In this document: positions 1 through 9,393 of the stretch, piece after piece | Position numbering within the stretch: the first letter of the stretch is position 1 | How the letters are laid out: each line of letters starts with the position of its first letter | DNA from: a bacterium | GTDB taxonomy: Bacteria; Bacteroidota; Bacteroidia; Bacteroidales; UBA932 | Reading direction: 5' to 3' | DNA: 64,000 bases | Assembly (NCBI GenBank): GCA_963649415.1 | Contig: CAVJHI010000004.1 | Coordinates: 2,497-66,496, forward strand | Position numbers and translations under genes: made by a program | Notes under the pieces: model-generated | Databases searched by the model: none | Seen by the model: the letters and a program-made list of their open reading frames with translations, nothing else | What the model was told of the DNA's origin: nothing

Positions 1-249
1 CACATTGCCCTTGGCGAGGTAGTGGGCTTCAAGTTCATTGGCCTTGAGGGTCAGTCCGGCCTTGGTGCCGGTGATCATCGCCATCACGATGGTGTGCGGG
101 TTGACTCCCCTCCAGCGCATCAGAACGAGCTGAAGCAGAGACACATACACTCCGGAGAGCACGGCCTGGAACCACAGTGCCACCGGGAAGAACCAGAGCA
201 CGATGATGAGCGCTACGATGATTATCGCAGCAAGAAGGATTGGATTCAT
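1..249 (-). CDS. floA: Flotillin-like protein FloA (YqfA/UPF0365 family), N-terminal part; the gene runs off the left edge
   Basis: Manual reverse translation from the ATG at 249 gives MNPILLAAIIIVALIIVLWFFPVALWFQAVLSGVYVSLLQLVLMRWRGVNPHTIVMAMITGTKAGLTLKANELEAHYLAKGNV. This matches the conserved FloA N-terminus (TM helix, then the RRV-P..I and AG..L motif region). It lies directly downstream of an NfeD gene, as in the Bacillus yqeZ-yqfA pair. Confidence 0.8.
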   Translation of the reverse strand, partial: MNPILLAAIIIVALIIVLWFFPVALWFQAVLSGVYVSLLQLVLMRWRGVNPHTIVMAMITGTKAGLTLKANELEAHYLAKGNV

Positions 250-250
250 T

Positions 251-721
251 TTATTCTTGAGTTATTGGTTTGACTATCACTTGGTTGTCTTCAATGGAGA
301 CGATTTCCAGCGGGGTGCCGGCATCGATGAGGGAGTTGTCGTGCGACTTGACTTCGCAGCTGACTTCCCCGAAGCGTCCGGTCCCCATCGGGGCGAGCCT
401 GGTCTGGGCCACGCCTTTCTGCCCTGCGCTGAGGCTGAGGCACTCGTCATTGACCCGCGAATCGACCTCTGTCTTGAGCTCGAATCGCCTCCAGGTACGC
501 GAACGGAGCGCCAGCACCACACAGATGACGAGCATCACGAGCACCGCGACCAGCACCAGCCAGCCTACCGTGTCGCCGATGTAAACGAAACTGTACCAGC
601 ACGCTGCACCCAGCGATGCGAGGCTGAGAATGCCTCCGATGCCGACTCCCGGCACAAGCAGTAGCTCCACAAGCATGAAGAGTATGCCCGCGATGATTAG
701 AGAAACTGTAATCCACCACAT
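251..721 (-). CDS. NfeD-family membrane protein
   Basis: The ORF is 251..769. The likely start is the ATG at 721 (MWWITVSLIIAGILFMLVELLLVPGVGIGG...). It has multi-TM N-terminal helices and a C-terminal OB-like soluble domain typical of NfeD, and lies immediately upstream of floA. Confidence 0.75.
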   Translation of the reverse strand: MWWITVSLIIAGILFMLVELLLVPGVGIGGILSLASLGAACWYSFVYIGDTVGWLVLVAVLVMLVICVVLALRSRTWRRFELKTEVDSRVNDECLSLSAGQKGVAQTRLAPMGTGRFGEVSCEVKSHDNSLIDAGTPLEIVSIEDNQVIVKPITQE

Positions 722-745
722 ATAGATTGAGTTTTGGTTGTTTTG

Positions 746-753
746 CAAATATA
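746..753 (-). promoter_or_regulatory. Bacteroidetes-type -7 box (TATATTTG on the minus strand) upstream of nfeD
   Basis: CAAATATA on the plus strand is TAnnTTTG on the minus strand, 24 nt upstream of the nfeD ATG. Confidence 0.4.
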
Positions 754-843
754 CGAAAAGACTGCACAAAGTCCAGCCGTTTCCAGAACTTGTTTTATTA
801 AAATAATTTCAGCCGGATACCCGATAACTTAAAATAAAAATAC

Positions 844-851
844 TAACTTTG
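844..851 (+). promoter_or_regulatory. -7 box TAACTTTG upstream of secDF
   Basis: Matches the TAnnTTTG consensus of Bacteroides sigma-A promoters, in an AT-rich intergenic region 40 nt upstream of the ATG at 892. Confidence 0.45.
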
Positions 852-891
852 CGGACTATTTGGGATAATTATTTTAAAAACCAATATTTTT

Positions 892-3800
892 ATGCAAAGC
901 AAAGGTGCAATCAGATTTGTGGCTATCTGCCTCATTCTCGCCTGCCTTTGGCAGCTGTCCTTCACTCTCGTGACAAGCATTTGCACGAAGAAGGCCGATG
1001 CTGCAGCGGAAAAGGCTGTCGAGAATGTGATGAAGACCGCCGCATACGCCGAAATTCCGGACGGAGACAAGGCATACTACCTCGACTCCATCAGGAAGAT
1101 CGAGTCCCGCCGCTATACGGACTCCATCTCCACAGAGAAAATCTATTTCGGCTACACTTTCAAGAGTGTACAGAATCAGGAAATCAACCTCGGACTTGAC
1201 CTCAAGGGAGGTATGAACGTGATGCTGCAGGTGCAGCTCGAAGACCTCGTCAAGGCTCTCGCCGGCAACAACGCCACGCCTGAGTTCCAGAAGGCCATCG
1301 CACTCGCCAAGGAGCGCAGCGTCAACTCCCAGTCCGACTTCATCACCCTCTTCGCTGAGGCGTGGAAGGAAGTCGGAAGCGGCCAGAGGCTCGCACAGAT
1401 CTTCGGAACCTACGAGATGCGCGACCGCATCAAGCCTGAGTCCACCGATGACCAGGTGGTCAGCGTCATCCGCGAGGAGTCCGAGAGCGCAATCGCCAAC
1501 TCTTTCAATGTGCTCCGCAACCGTATCGACCGCTTCGGCGTCACCCAGCCTTCCATCCAGAAGCTCGGCAACACCGGACGCATCCTCGTCGAGCTCCCGG
1601 GCGTAAAGGAGCCTGAGCGTGTGCGCAAGCTGCTTCAGGGCACCGCATCCCTCGAATTCTGGACAACATACGCAAGCCAGGAGATTGCTCCGTACCTCGA
1701 GGAGGCCAACTCTCTTCTCGCCCAGCTGCTCGCTGACGACGAGGTAGAGGAGGCTGCAGCCGAGGAAAGCGCCGAGGCTGACGACCTCGTAGCTCAGGAG
1801 ATCAAGGCTCAGGGCGGCGAGGCAGACGAAGCCGATATGGCTGCCTACAGGAAGGCCAACCCTCTCTTCGCCGTGCTCTCTCCTAGCCAGTTCCGCGACA
1901 ACGCCTGCATCGGTCTTGCTGCCGCAGCGGATACCGCTCTCGTCAACAAGTACCTCAATATGCCTGAGGTTGAAGCTCTCTTCCCTGCAGAGTTCCGCCC
2001 TATGTGGTCAGTGAAGCCGACTTCATACATCCAGAACAGCAATGTCTATGAACTCGTAGCCATCAAGGCCTCATCCCGTGACGGCAAGGCTCCGCTCGAC
2101 GGAGGTGTCGTTACCAACGCCCGTGTGGACTACAACGACCGCCGCGGCGGCGAGCCTGGAGTATCTATGACTATGAACGCCGAGGGCGCCAACACCTGGG
2201 CCCGCCTGACCAAGGACAACATCGGCCGCCAGGTTGCCATCGTGCTCGACGGTACCGTATATTCTTACCCGACCGTTCAGACCGAGATCACCGGAGGCCA
2301 GTCCTCCATCACCGGCAACTTCTCCATCGAAGAGGCTACCGACCTTGCCAACGTGCTCAACTCCGGTAAGCTTCCTGCACCTGCCACCATCGTTCAGGAG
2401 CAGGTTGTAGGTCCTTCCCTCGGTGCAGAGTCCATCCACGCAGGTTTCGTATCGTTCATCATAGCGTTCTGCCTCGTCCTCATCTACATGATCTTCTTCT
2501 ACAAGGGAGCGGGTGTAGCTGCAGACGTCGCACTTCTCACCAATGTCGTACTCCTCTTCGGTACCCTCTCAGCCTTCGGAGCCGTGCTCACGCTGCCTGG
2601 TATCGCAGGTCTCGTCCTGACTATGGGTATGGCGGTGGATGCCAACGTTATTATCTATGAGCGCATCAAGGAAGAGCTCAAGGCCGGCAAGGGTCTGGGC
2701 AAGGCTATCCAGGACGGTTACAGCAACGCCTACTCCGCCATCATCGACGGTCAGGTGACCACCCTCCTCACCGGTATCGTGCTCTTCTTCTTCGGCTCAG
2801 GTCCTATCAAGGGCTTCGCCACCACGCTCATCATCGGTATCATCACCTCTGTTCTTACCTCTATCTTCATCACCCGTCTTATCTTTGACGACCGCGTGAA
2901 CAGGGGCAAGAACATCACCTTCGAGACCAAGCTCACCAAGAACTTCCTCAAGAACACCCACATCAACTTCCTCTCAGGAAGGAAGTGGTCTTATACCATC
3001 TCCGGTGCAATCATCGTGCTCGCCATCGTCTCAATGTGCTTCAAGGGCTTCACCTACGGCGTTGACTTCACCGGTGGCCGTACTTATGTAGTACGCTTCG
3101 ACAAGCCTGTGACCGCTGAGGAGGTCCGCGAGGCCACCAACAAGGTATTCGAGGCTGCAGCTGCCGCCGACCCGAACGTCGCCGCTTCTTCAGTCGAGGT
3201 TAAGCAGTTCGGTGGAGACAGCCAGATGAAGATTACCACCGCCTACAAGTTCCAGGACGAGTCTTCAGCAGTGGATACCGAGATTGAGGGCATGCTCTAC
3301 GAGTCCCTCAAGGGTCTCTACGCCGAGGACCTCACCCTCGATGAGTTCACCTCTACCCTCGAGAACCCTAACGGTATCATTTCTTCCGATAAGGTCGGTG
3401 CGTCCATCGCCAACGACATCAAGCGCAACGCATTGATTTCCATCGTTCTCGCCCTGCTCGTAATCTTCGCCTACATCGCGGTTCGATTCAAGGGCTGGAC
3501 CTGGGGTCTCGGCGGCGTGGTTTCACTCGCCCACACGGCCATCATCATCATCGGATTCTTCTCGTTCTTCAGCGGAATACTTCCGTTCAACCTCGATGTT
3601 GACCAGACCTTTATCGCGGCCATCCTGACCATCATCGGTTATGCCATCAACGATACCGTGGTTATCTTCGACCGTATCCGCGAGAACCTCGGTCTGCATC
3701 CTAACGACGACTTCCGCGAGGTTACCAACAAGTCCCTCAACGCAACCCTCACCCGTACCGTCAACACCTCAGTATCCACCCTCCTCCCTATGCTTGCAAT

Positions 3801-3966
3801 TGCAATCTTCGGAGGTGAGTCTATCAGAGGTCTTTCTGTAGCCCTTTGCCTTGGTGTCTGCATCGGTACTTACGCTTCCATCATGATCGCTACCCCTATC
3901 ATGTATGACTGCACGATGAAGGCGCGCAAGAAGGCTGCCGAGAAGGCCGCTGCCAAGAGGAAGTAA
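892..3966 (+). CDS. secDF: Protein translocase subunit SecDF (fused SecD+SecF)
   Basis: 1024 aa. It has a periplasmic domain followed by two 6-TM blocks with the SecD motifs (LDLKGGMNV, LGPSLG) and the SecF half (GVDFTGGR...). The fusion is typical of Bacteroidota. Confidence 0.95.
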   Translation: MQSKGAIRFVAICLILACLWQLSFTLVTSICTKKADAAAEKAVENVMKTAAYAEIPDGDKAYYLDSIRKIESRRYTDSISTEKIYFGYTFKSVQNQEINLGLDLKGGMNVMLQVQLEDLVKALAGNNATPEFQKAIALAKERSVNSQSDFITLFAEAWKEVGSGQRLAQIFGTYEMRDRIKPESTDDQVVSVIREESESAIANSFNVLRNRIDRFGVTQPSIQKLGNTGRILVELPGVKEPERVRKLLQGTASLEFWTTYASQEIAPYLEEANSLLAQLLADDEVEEAAAEESAEADDLVAQEIKAQGGEADEADMAAYRKANPLFAVLSPSQFRDNACIGLAAAADTALVNKYLNMPEVEALFPAEFRPMWSVKPTSYIQNSNVYELVAIKASSRDGKAPLDGGVVTNARVDYNDRRGGEPGVSMTMNAEGANTWARLTKDNIGRQVAIVLDGTVYSYPTVQTEITGGQSSITGNFSIEEATDLANVLNSGKLPAPATIVQEQVVGPSLGAESIHAGFVSFIIAFCLVLIYMIFFYKGAGVAADVALLTNVVLLFGTLSAFGAVLTLPGIAGLVLTMGMAVDANVIIYERIKEELKAGKGLGKAIQDGYSNAYSAIIDGQVTTLLTGIVLFFFGSGPIKGFATTLIIGIITSVLTSIFITRLIFDDRVNRGKNITFETKLTKNFLKNTHINFLSGRKWSYTISGAIIVLAIVSMCFKGFTYGVDFTGGRTYVVRFDKPVTAEEVREATNKVFEAAAAADPNVAASSVEVKQFGGDSQMKITTAYKFQDESSAVDTEIEGMLYESLKGLYAEDLTLDEFTSTLENPNGIISSDKVGASIANDIKRNALISIVLALLVIFAYIAVRFKGWTWGLGGVVSLAHTAIIIIGFFSFFSGILPFNLDVDQTFIAAILTIIGYAINDTVVIFDRIRENLGLHPNDDFREVTNKSLNATLTRTVNTSVSTLLPMLAIAIFGGESIRGLSVALCLGVCIGTYASIMIATPIMYDCTMKARKKAAEKAAAKRK

Positions 3967-3981
3967 TTTTTTCTGAATATC

Positions 3982-4019
3982 AAAACGTCCGACCCGTCAA
4001 AAGGCCGGACGTTTTTTTT
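3982..4019 (+). terminator. Rho-independent terminator after secDF
   Basis: The stem AAAACGTCCG...CGGACGTTTT is followed by a T-tract. Confidence 0.7.
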
Positions 4020-4026
4020 ATCTTTG
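4019..4026 (+). promoter_or_regulatory. -7 box TATCTTTG, 7 nt upstream of the dnaE ATG
   Basis: TAnnTTTG match. Only 7 nt (tgctgct) separate the box from the ATG at 4034. No clear -33 TTTG was seen. Confidence 0.4.
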
Positions 4027-4033
4027 TGCTGCT

Positions 4034-7000
4034 ATGTCTTTTGTACACCTTCACGTCCACACGCAGTACTCTATCCTTGACGGGATGAGCGATATCGAGA
4101 AACTGTTCCGCCGCGCAGAAGAGCTCGGCATGCCCGGCCTTGCCATCACCGACCACGGCAATATGTTCGGTGTCAAGGACTTCAAGGACGTGTCGGCGAA
4201 GCACCCAGGCGTGAAGCCGATCGTGGGCTGCGAAATCTATGTCACGCAGCACTACGACCACACTCTCAAGGATAGCGAGCACAAGAAATACTATCACCTC
4301 ATCCTGCTTGCCAAGAACTACGACGGCTACCGCAACCTGATGAAGATAGTCTCCACGGGGCACATCGAGGGAATGTATTACAAGCCGCGTGTGAGCCACG
4401 AAGTGGTGGAGAAGTACCACGAGGGGCTCATCTGCTGCTCGGCCTGTATGGCGGGAGAAGTCCCGCGCGGGATCCTCGCCGGCGACGCGGAAGGGGTTGA
4501 CAAGGCCATAGAGTGGCACAAGAGGGTGTTCGGCGACGACTATTACCTCGAAGTGATGCTCCACCGCACGGAGGTGCCGGGGCTCTCTACTGAGCTCTAC
4601 GAGAAGCAGAAGGAGTATTGTGCCGAGATTTTCCGCCTCGCGGAGAAGCACGGAGTCAAGGTCGTGGCCACCAACGACGTGCACTTCGTGCGTAAGGAGG
4701 ACGGTCCAGCCCACGACAGGCTCATCTGCCTCACCACCAACTCGATGGTCGATGACCCGAAGAGACTCCGCTACACCCAGCAGGAGTACCTCAAGAGCGA
4801 GGAGGAGATGGCGGCCCTCTTCCCGGACCACCCGGAAGCCCTCGCCAACACGCTGGAGGTACTGGACAAGGTGGAGAACTACGCCATCGACAGGGGCCAC
4901 GTGCTCCCAAAGTTCCAGATAGACCAGGCCTTCCTCGACAATATAGACTTCTACCTCGACAAGTACTCGGATATCATCGAAAACGGGCGCTACGAGGTCA
5001 CTAAAGACCACGATGGTAACATTATAAGCAAGACCGACAGAGGCGACGAATTCCGCCGTTCTGTGGCCTTTCTGTGCCATCTTACCTACGAAGGCGCGCG
5101 CGAGCGCTACGGCGAGACACTCAACGAGGTACAGAGCGAGCGCATCCACTTCGAGCTGATGACCATCTCCAATATGGGATTCCCGGACTACTTCCTCATC
5201 GTCCAGGACTTCATCAACTGGGGCCGCCGAAACGGCGTCTCCGTGGGCCCGGGAAGAGGCTCGGCTGCGGGTTCGTGCGTTGCGTACTGCCTGCACATCA
5301 CCAACCTCGACCCTATCCGCTACGACCTCCTCTTCGAGCGCTTCCTCAACCCGGAGCGAATCTCGATGCCTGATATCGACGTGGACTTCGACGACGAAGG
5401 CCGCTACCGCGTAATCCAGTATGTGCAGGAGCACTACGGCGCCGACCACATCTCGCATGTAATTACCTTCGGAACGATGGCCGCGAAGCTCGCGGTCAAG
5501 GATGTGGCGCGCATCTCCAACATGTCCATCCCGGAGTCCAACCGCCTCACCAAGATGATTCCGGACAAGCCGATAGTGGTCAAGGAGAACGGCGAGGACA
5601 AGGAATACAAGCCGACGCTCGCCAACAGCGTGAAGTATGTCAAGGAGCTGAAGGAAGAATACGAGAACGGCGAGCCGCTGGTCAAGGAAGTACTCAACTA
5701 CGCCCTCCAGCTCGAGGGCTGCATCCGTCAGACCGGCATCCACGCCTGCGCGATGATAATCGGACGCGGCAATCTCACGGACTACATCCCGATTACAATG
5801 GGCGAAGACAAGGCCACGGGCCAGCAGGTCTGGGTGAGCCAGTACGAAGGCACCAAAATCGAGGATGTCGGCATGCTCAAGATGGACTTCCTCGGCCTTA
5901 AGACTCTATCCATCATCGACCGCTGCCTCGCGCTCGTCAAAAAGAGATTCGGGGCGGAAATCGACATAGAGAAAATCCCTATCGACGACCCTGCCGTGTT
6001 TGACCTCTACTCCAGGGGCGACACCAAGAGCATATTCCAGTTTGAATCCGGGGGGATGAAGGAGTGGCTCATCAAGCTGCACCCGGAGCGCTTCGAGGAC
6101 CTCATCGCGATGAACGCGCTCTACCGCCCGGGGCCTATGGACTACATCCCGAACTTCGTGGCCGGCAAGAACGACCCGAGCAAAATCACCTACGACCTGC
6201 CGGAGATGGAGGAATACCTCAAGGAGACCTACGGCGTCACGGTCTATCAGGAGCAGGTGATGCTCCTCTCGCAGAAGCTGGCCGGATTCTCCAAAGGCAA
6301 GGCCGACAAGCTCCGCAAGGCGATGGGCAAGAAGAAAAAGGATGTGCTGGACTCCCTCAAGGCATCCTTTATGGAAGGAGCCGAGAAGAACGGCCACCCG
6401 AAGGAAGTGCTCGAGAAGATATGGAAGGACTGGGAGGCGTTCGCCAAATACGCGTTCAACAAGTCCCACGCGACCTGCTATGCCTGGGTAAGCTACCAGA
6501 CCGCCTGGCTCAAGGCCCACTACCCGTCCGAATTCCAGGCCTCCAACCTCACCCAGAACTCCGCCAATATGGAGGAGATGAAGGACATAATGGCCGACTG
6601 CCGCAAGGGCGGCATCAAGGTGCTGAGCCCCGACATCAACGAGTCTGAGGCGCAGTTCTCAGTCAACCATCAGGGCGACGTGCGCTTCGGCCTGAGCGGA
6701 CTCAAGGGATTCGGTGACAATATGGTCGTGAGCATCCTCAAGGACAGGGAAGCCAATGGGCTCTTCAAAGATATTTATGATTTCGTGGAGAGAATGTCCG
6801 CCACCATCAACCGGCGCGGGCTCGAAACTCTCGTATATTCAGGAGCTTTCGACTCCTTCGGGCTCAAGCGGTCACAGTATTTCCTGCCGTGCAGGAACGG
6901 GGAGCTCTTCATCGACGAGCTGGTCCGCTACGCCAACCTCTACCGCAACGACGAGATGGACAGTGCTTCATCGCTCTTCGGCGATGTGGAGGAGATGAAG

Positions 7001-7732
7001 CCGGTGAGGCCTGAAGCCCCTGTATTCTCAGGTGAAGAGGACACTCTCGCCCTGCTCCAGAAGGAGAAGGAATTCGTGGGGATGTACCTCTCCGCGCATC
7101 CGCTAGACCGCTACCGCTTCGAAATCGAGAACTTCACGAGCTGCCCGCTCACGGGAATCGACGCCCTAGTGGAGGAGCAGGAAGTTAAGGGAAAGTCCTG
7201 CAAGGCCTGCGTGGCCGGCATCGTGACCGATGTTAAGACCATCACCACCAAGAGCGGCTCACCGGGCGCGAAGGTCATAATGGAGGACTTCGACGGCAAC
7301 CACGAGTTCGCCCTCTTCGGCAAGGAGTACCAGGAGTTCCTGCCGTTTATGCAGCCTCACGCCCAGATATTCATCGAAGGTGAAGTTACCGAGAGATACT
7401 TCATAAAGAAGGAGGAGAGAGCTGCCGGGAAGACTTCGCCTTACACATTCAAATTCAAGAAGATATCCCTGCTCGGCAATGTCGGCAACGATATGATTTC
7501 CGAACTCGTGCTGCACATCGACTCCTCCCAGCTCAATCAGGAATTCCGCAAGAGTCTTGTCCGCCTGCTGAAGGATGCCAAGGGCAGCATTCCGCTCACC
7601 ATCAATCTCAGCGATGCCGCGAGCGGCTACAAGATAGATTTCCGATCCAAGAAGTTCTCGGTCGATATCACTCAGGAGCTTATGGACAAGCTGGACAATC
7701 TGAAGATTCTCCACAACTTCGTCAAGAGATAG
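4034..7732 (+). CDS. dnaE: DNA polymerase III subunit alpha
   Basis: 1232 aa. It has an N-terminal PHP domain (FVHLHVHTQYSILDG), the polymerase core (PDIDVDF) and a C-terminal OB fold. Confidence 0.97.
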   Translation: MSFVHLHVHTQYSILDGMSDIEKLFRRAEELGMPGLAITDHGNMFGVKDFKDVSAKHPGVKPIVGCEIYVTQHYDHTLKDSEHKKYYHLILLAKNYDGYRNLMKIVSTGHIEGMYYKPRVSHEVVEKYHEGLICCSACMAGEVPRGILAGDAEGVDKAIEWHKRVFGDDYYLEVMLHRTEVPGLSTELYEKQKEYCAEIFRLAEKHGVKVVATNDVHFVRKEDGPAHDRLICLTTNSMVDDPKRLRYTQQEYLKSEEEMAALFPDHPEALANTLEVLDKVENYAIDRGHVLPKFQIDQAFLDNIDFYLDKYSDIIENGRYEVTKDHDGNIISKTDRGDEFRRSVAFLCHLTYEGARERYGETLNEVQSERIHFELMTISNMGFPDYFLIVQDFINWGRRNGVSVGPGRGSAAGSCVAYCLHITNLDPIRYDLLFERFLNPERISMPDIDVDFDDEGRYRVIQYVQEHYGADHISHVITFGTMAAKLAVKDVARISNMSIPESNRLTKMIPDKPIVVKENGEDKEYKPTLANSVKYVKELKEEYENGEPLVKEVLNYALQLEGCIRQTGIHACAMIIGRGNLTDYIPITMGEDKATGQQVWVSQYEGTKIEDVGMLKMDFLGLKTLSIIDRCLALVKKRFGAEIDIEKIPIDDPAVFDLYSRGDTKSIFQFESGGMKEWLIKLHPERFEDLIAMNALYRPGPMDYIPNFVAGKNDPSKITYDLPEMEEYLKETYGVTVYQEQVMLLSQKLAGFSKGKADKLRKAMGKKKKDVLDSLKASFMEGAEKNGHPKEVLEKIWKDWEAFAKYAFNKSHATCYAWVSYQTAWLKAHYPSEFQASNLTQNSANMEEMKDIMADCRKGGIKVLSPDINESEAQFSVNHQGDVRFGLSGLKGFGDNMVVSILKDREANGLFKDIYDFVERMSATINRRGLETLVYSGAFDSFGLKRSQYFLPCRNGELFIDELVRYANLYRNDEMDSASSLFGDVEEMKPVRPEAPVFSGEEDTLALLQKEKEFVGMYLSAHPLDRYRFEIENFTSCPLTGIDALVEEQEVKGKSCKACVAGIVTDVKTITTKSGSPGAKVIMEDFDGNHEFALFGKEYQEFLPFMQPHAQIFIEGEVTERYFIKKEERAAGKTSPYTFKFKKISLLGNVGNDMISELVLHIDSSQLNQEFRKSLVRLLKDAKGSIPLTINLSDAASGYKIDFRSKKFSVDITQELMDKLDNLKILHNFVKR

Positions 7733-7758
7733 ACTGGTTGTCCTGCACTGAATACTAA

Positions 7759-7792
7759 AAGAGGGCCGCGGCGATGTGCTGCAGCCCTCTCT
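7759..7792. terminator. Bidirectional hairpin between the convergent dnaE and the 7811-8404 gene
   Basis: AAGAGGGC...GCCCTCTCT inverted repeat with an extended GC-rich stem. Confidence 0.5.
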
Positions 7793-7810
7793 TTATCAGG
7801 CAATTGCGGA

Positions 7811-8404
7811 TTATTTGCTGAGGTTGAATCCGGCGTCGATGCTCTTCGCTGAGGCGAGCACTGATGAGAGGCTCTTGAGCGTGGAGTTGGTGGACTTGCT
7901 GGAAGTGGTGGAAATTACCTTCTTTGCGAAAGTGAGGAACTTCTCGCCGTCGAAAAGCAGCTTGCAGCCGTCGGTGGTAGTGCTGACTGTGCCGTCAAGC
8001 TGAAGGTAGGTCAGAGCCTTGCCGAACTTGATGGTCACTGCGGTGCCGTCCTGTGTCCAGGTGCCGGTGAGAGGAACTTTACCGAAAGTCATTGTGAAAT
8101 CTCCGTCCTCCTCGAACTCGAGGGTGGCGGAACCGGCCTTGATGCCGACCTTGGTGAAGGCTTTGTTGATCTTGGTCTCGACTGTGCTGAGGGCTGCGGT
8201 GCCGGCTGCAGAAGTCAGGACGTTGTCGCTGCGGAGAGCGGTCGCCACTCCCTGATATGTCCAGGTGGTTCCCTTGAGATCCGTGGTCACGGCGGATGAT
8301 ACTACGCTGGAAGCTACGCTCTTGAGCGCATTGAGGATGTCGCTCTGGGCGCTGAGTGACACTGTCATAAGTGACAGAGCCGCGATAATGATGATTCTTT
8401 TCAT
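7811..8404 (-). CDS. Secreted lipocalin-like protein (DUF4923-like)
   Basis: The real start is the ATG at 8404 (MKRIIIIAALSLMTVSLSAQS, a signal peptide). The mature part (LKGTTWTYQGVATALRSDNVL...GKVPLTGTWTQDGTAVTIKFG) resembles the Bacteroidales DUF4923 family. The longer ORF up to 8593 overlaps thiL and is rejected. Confidence 0.5.
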   Translation of the reverse strand: MKRIIIIAALSLMTVSLSAQSDILNALKSVASSVVSSAVTTDLKGTTWTYQGVATALRSDNVLTSAAGTAALSTVETKINKAFTKVGIKAGSATLEFEEDGDFTMTFGKVPLTGTWTQDGTAVTIKFGKALTYLQLDGTVSTTTDGCKLLFDGEKFLTFAKKVISTTSSKSTNSTLKSLSSVLASAKSIDAGFNLSK

Positions 8405-8429
8405 TTTATGGATGATATAAAGTTGATTG

Positions 8430-9392
8430 CTACCAACCCTGAGCCGACACAGCGTGCTCCAGACCATCTGGGGTGACAAGCACCGTGCCAACTTCCGGGA
8501 GTGCGAGATGTCCGATGATATCGAAGCCCCCGAATTCCTTGCGGAACTCTTCGTAGCGGGAGATAGGGACAACGAAGAGCAGACGGAAGTCATCTCCGCC
8601 GTTCATCGCGGCTGAGACCGGGTCGATATCTAGTTCCTTGCCGAGGGCGAAACTGTTGCCCTCGAAAGGCATCTTGTCGGCATAGACCTTAACTCCGAGA
8701 GAGCTGTCGCGGGAGAGCCTCAGAAGCGCGTCCGAGAGGCCTCTGGTGACGAAATATGAGTACGAAGGCACTATCCCGGTCTGCTCTACGACGGCCACGA
8801 CATCCGAAGGAAGCTCCGGCTTGAGGTAGGCCGCCACGAGCATTTTGTATTTCTCGAGGTCGTCCGGGCGGTGCTCCAGGGCCTGCTGCCCGAGATATGC
8901 CGCTCCGAGGCTCCCGCTCACGCAGACGAGGTCCTTGCTCTGCGCCCCGGGACGCTTCACATCCTTGGCTTCTCCACTCGCATTGAGGCTGATTGCCAGA
9001 CCGTTGCGTGAAGGCACGAGATCGAGGCCGAGGGAGGTGTAGCCCTGCTCTTTGGCGGCATAGACCACTCCGTCCCAGACTTCCTTTATCTGCTCGAAGT
9101 CGAGCTTTGCGGAGACTCCTAGGGTAAGCGACAGGCTGCGCGGGTGCGCGAGGGCGGCGTAGAGTTCTCCGGTAACGGAGATTACGCTCTTATAACCCAG
9201 ATGCTTGAGCGGGAAATAGACCAGGTTGAAGTCGGTCCCCTCCAGCAGCAGGCGGCTCGCCGTTACGGTACTGCTTTCCGCTTCAGAAGTGAAGCGGAGC
9301 GGCTCCGCGAACGGGGCGTATCCGCTGCCTTCGAAGAGCTGTCTGATGGCCTCGACACGGCCAAGTTCTGCGAATGTCCTGCTCTTGCCCAT
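8430..9392 (-). CDS. thiL: Thiamine-monophosphate kinase-like protein (AIR synthase-related, ThiL family)
   Basis: PurM/ThiL-like two-domain layout (LLLEGTDFNL..., GGDDFRLLFVVP). The start at the ATG at 9392 lies 1 nt from the glyQS stop. Confidence 0.6.
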   Translation of the reverse strand: MGKSRTFAELGRVEAIRQLFEGSGYAPFAEPLRFTSEAESSTVTASRLLLEGTDFNLVYFPLKHLGYKSVISVTGELYAALAHPRSLSLTLGVSAKLDFEQIKEVWDGVVYAAKEQGYTSLGLDLVPSRNGLAISLNASGEAKDVKRPGAQSKDLVCVSGSLGAAYLGQQALEHRPDDLEKYKMLVAAYLKPELPSDVVAVVEQTGIVPSYSYFVTRGLSDALLRLSRDSSLGVKVYADKMPFEGNSFALGKELDIDPVSAAMNGGDDFRLLFVVPISRYEEFRKEFGGFDIIGHLALPEVGTVLVTPDGLEHAVSAQGW

Positions 9393-9393
9393 T

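Noticed and set aside
3980-5743. 587-aa ORF on the minus strand, antisense to dnaE
   Set aside because: It is a shadow ORF inside a confidently identified, high-G+C gene. The translation is low-complexity (V/L/H/R/D/E-rich) with no recognisable motifs. The same reasoning applies to 5906-6520, 7259-7714 and the other antisense ORFs within dnaE.
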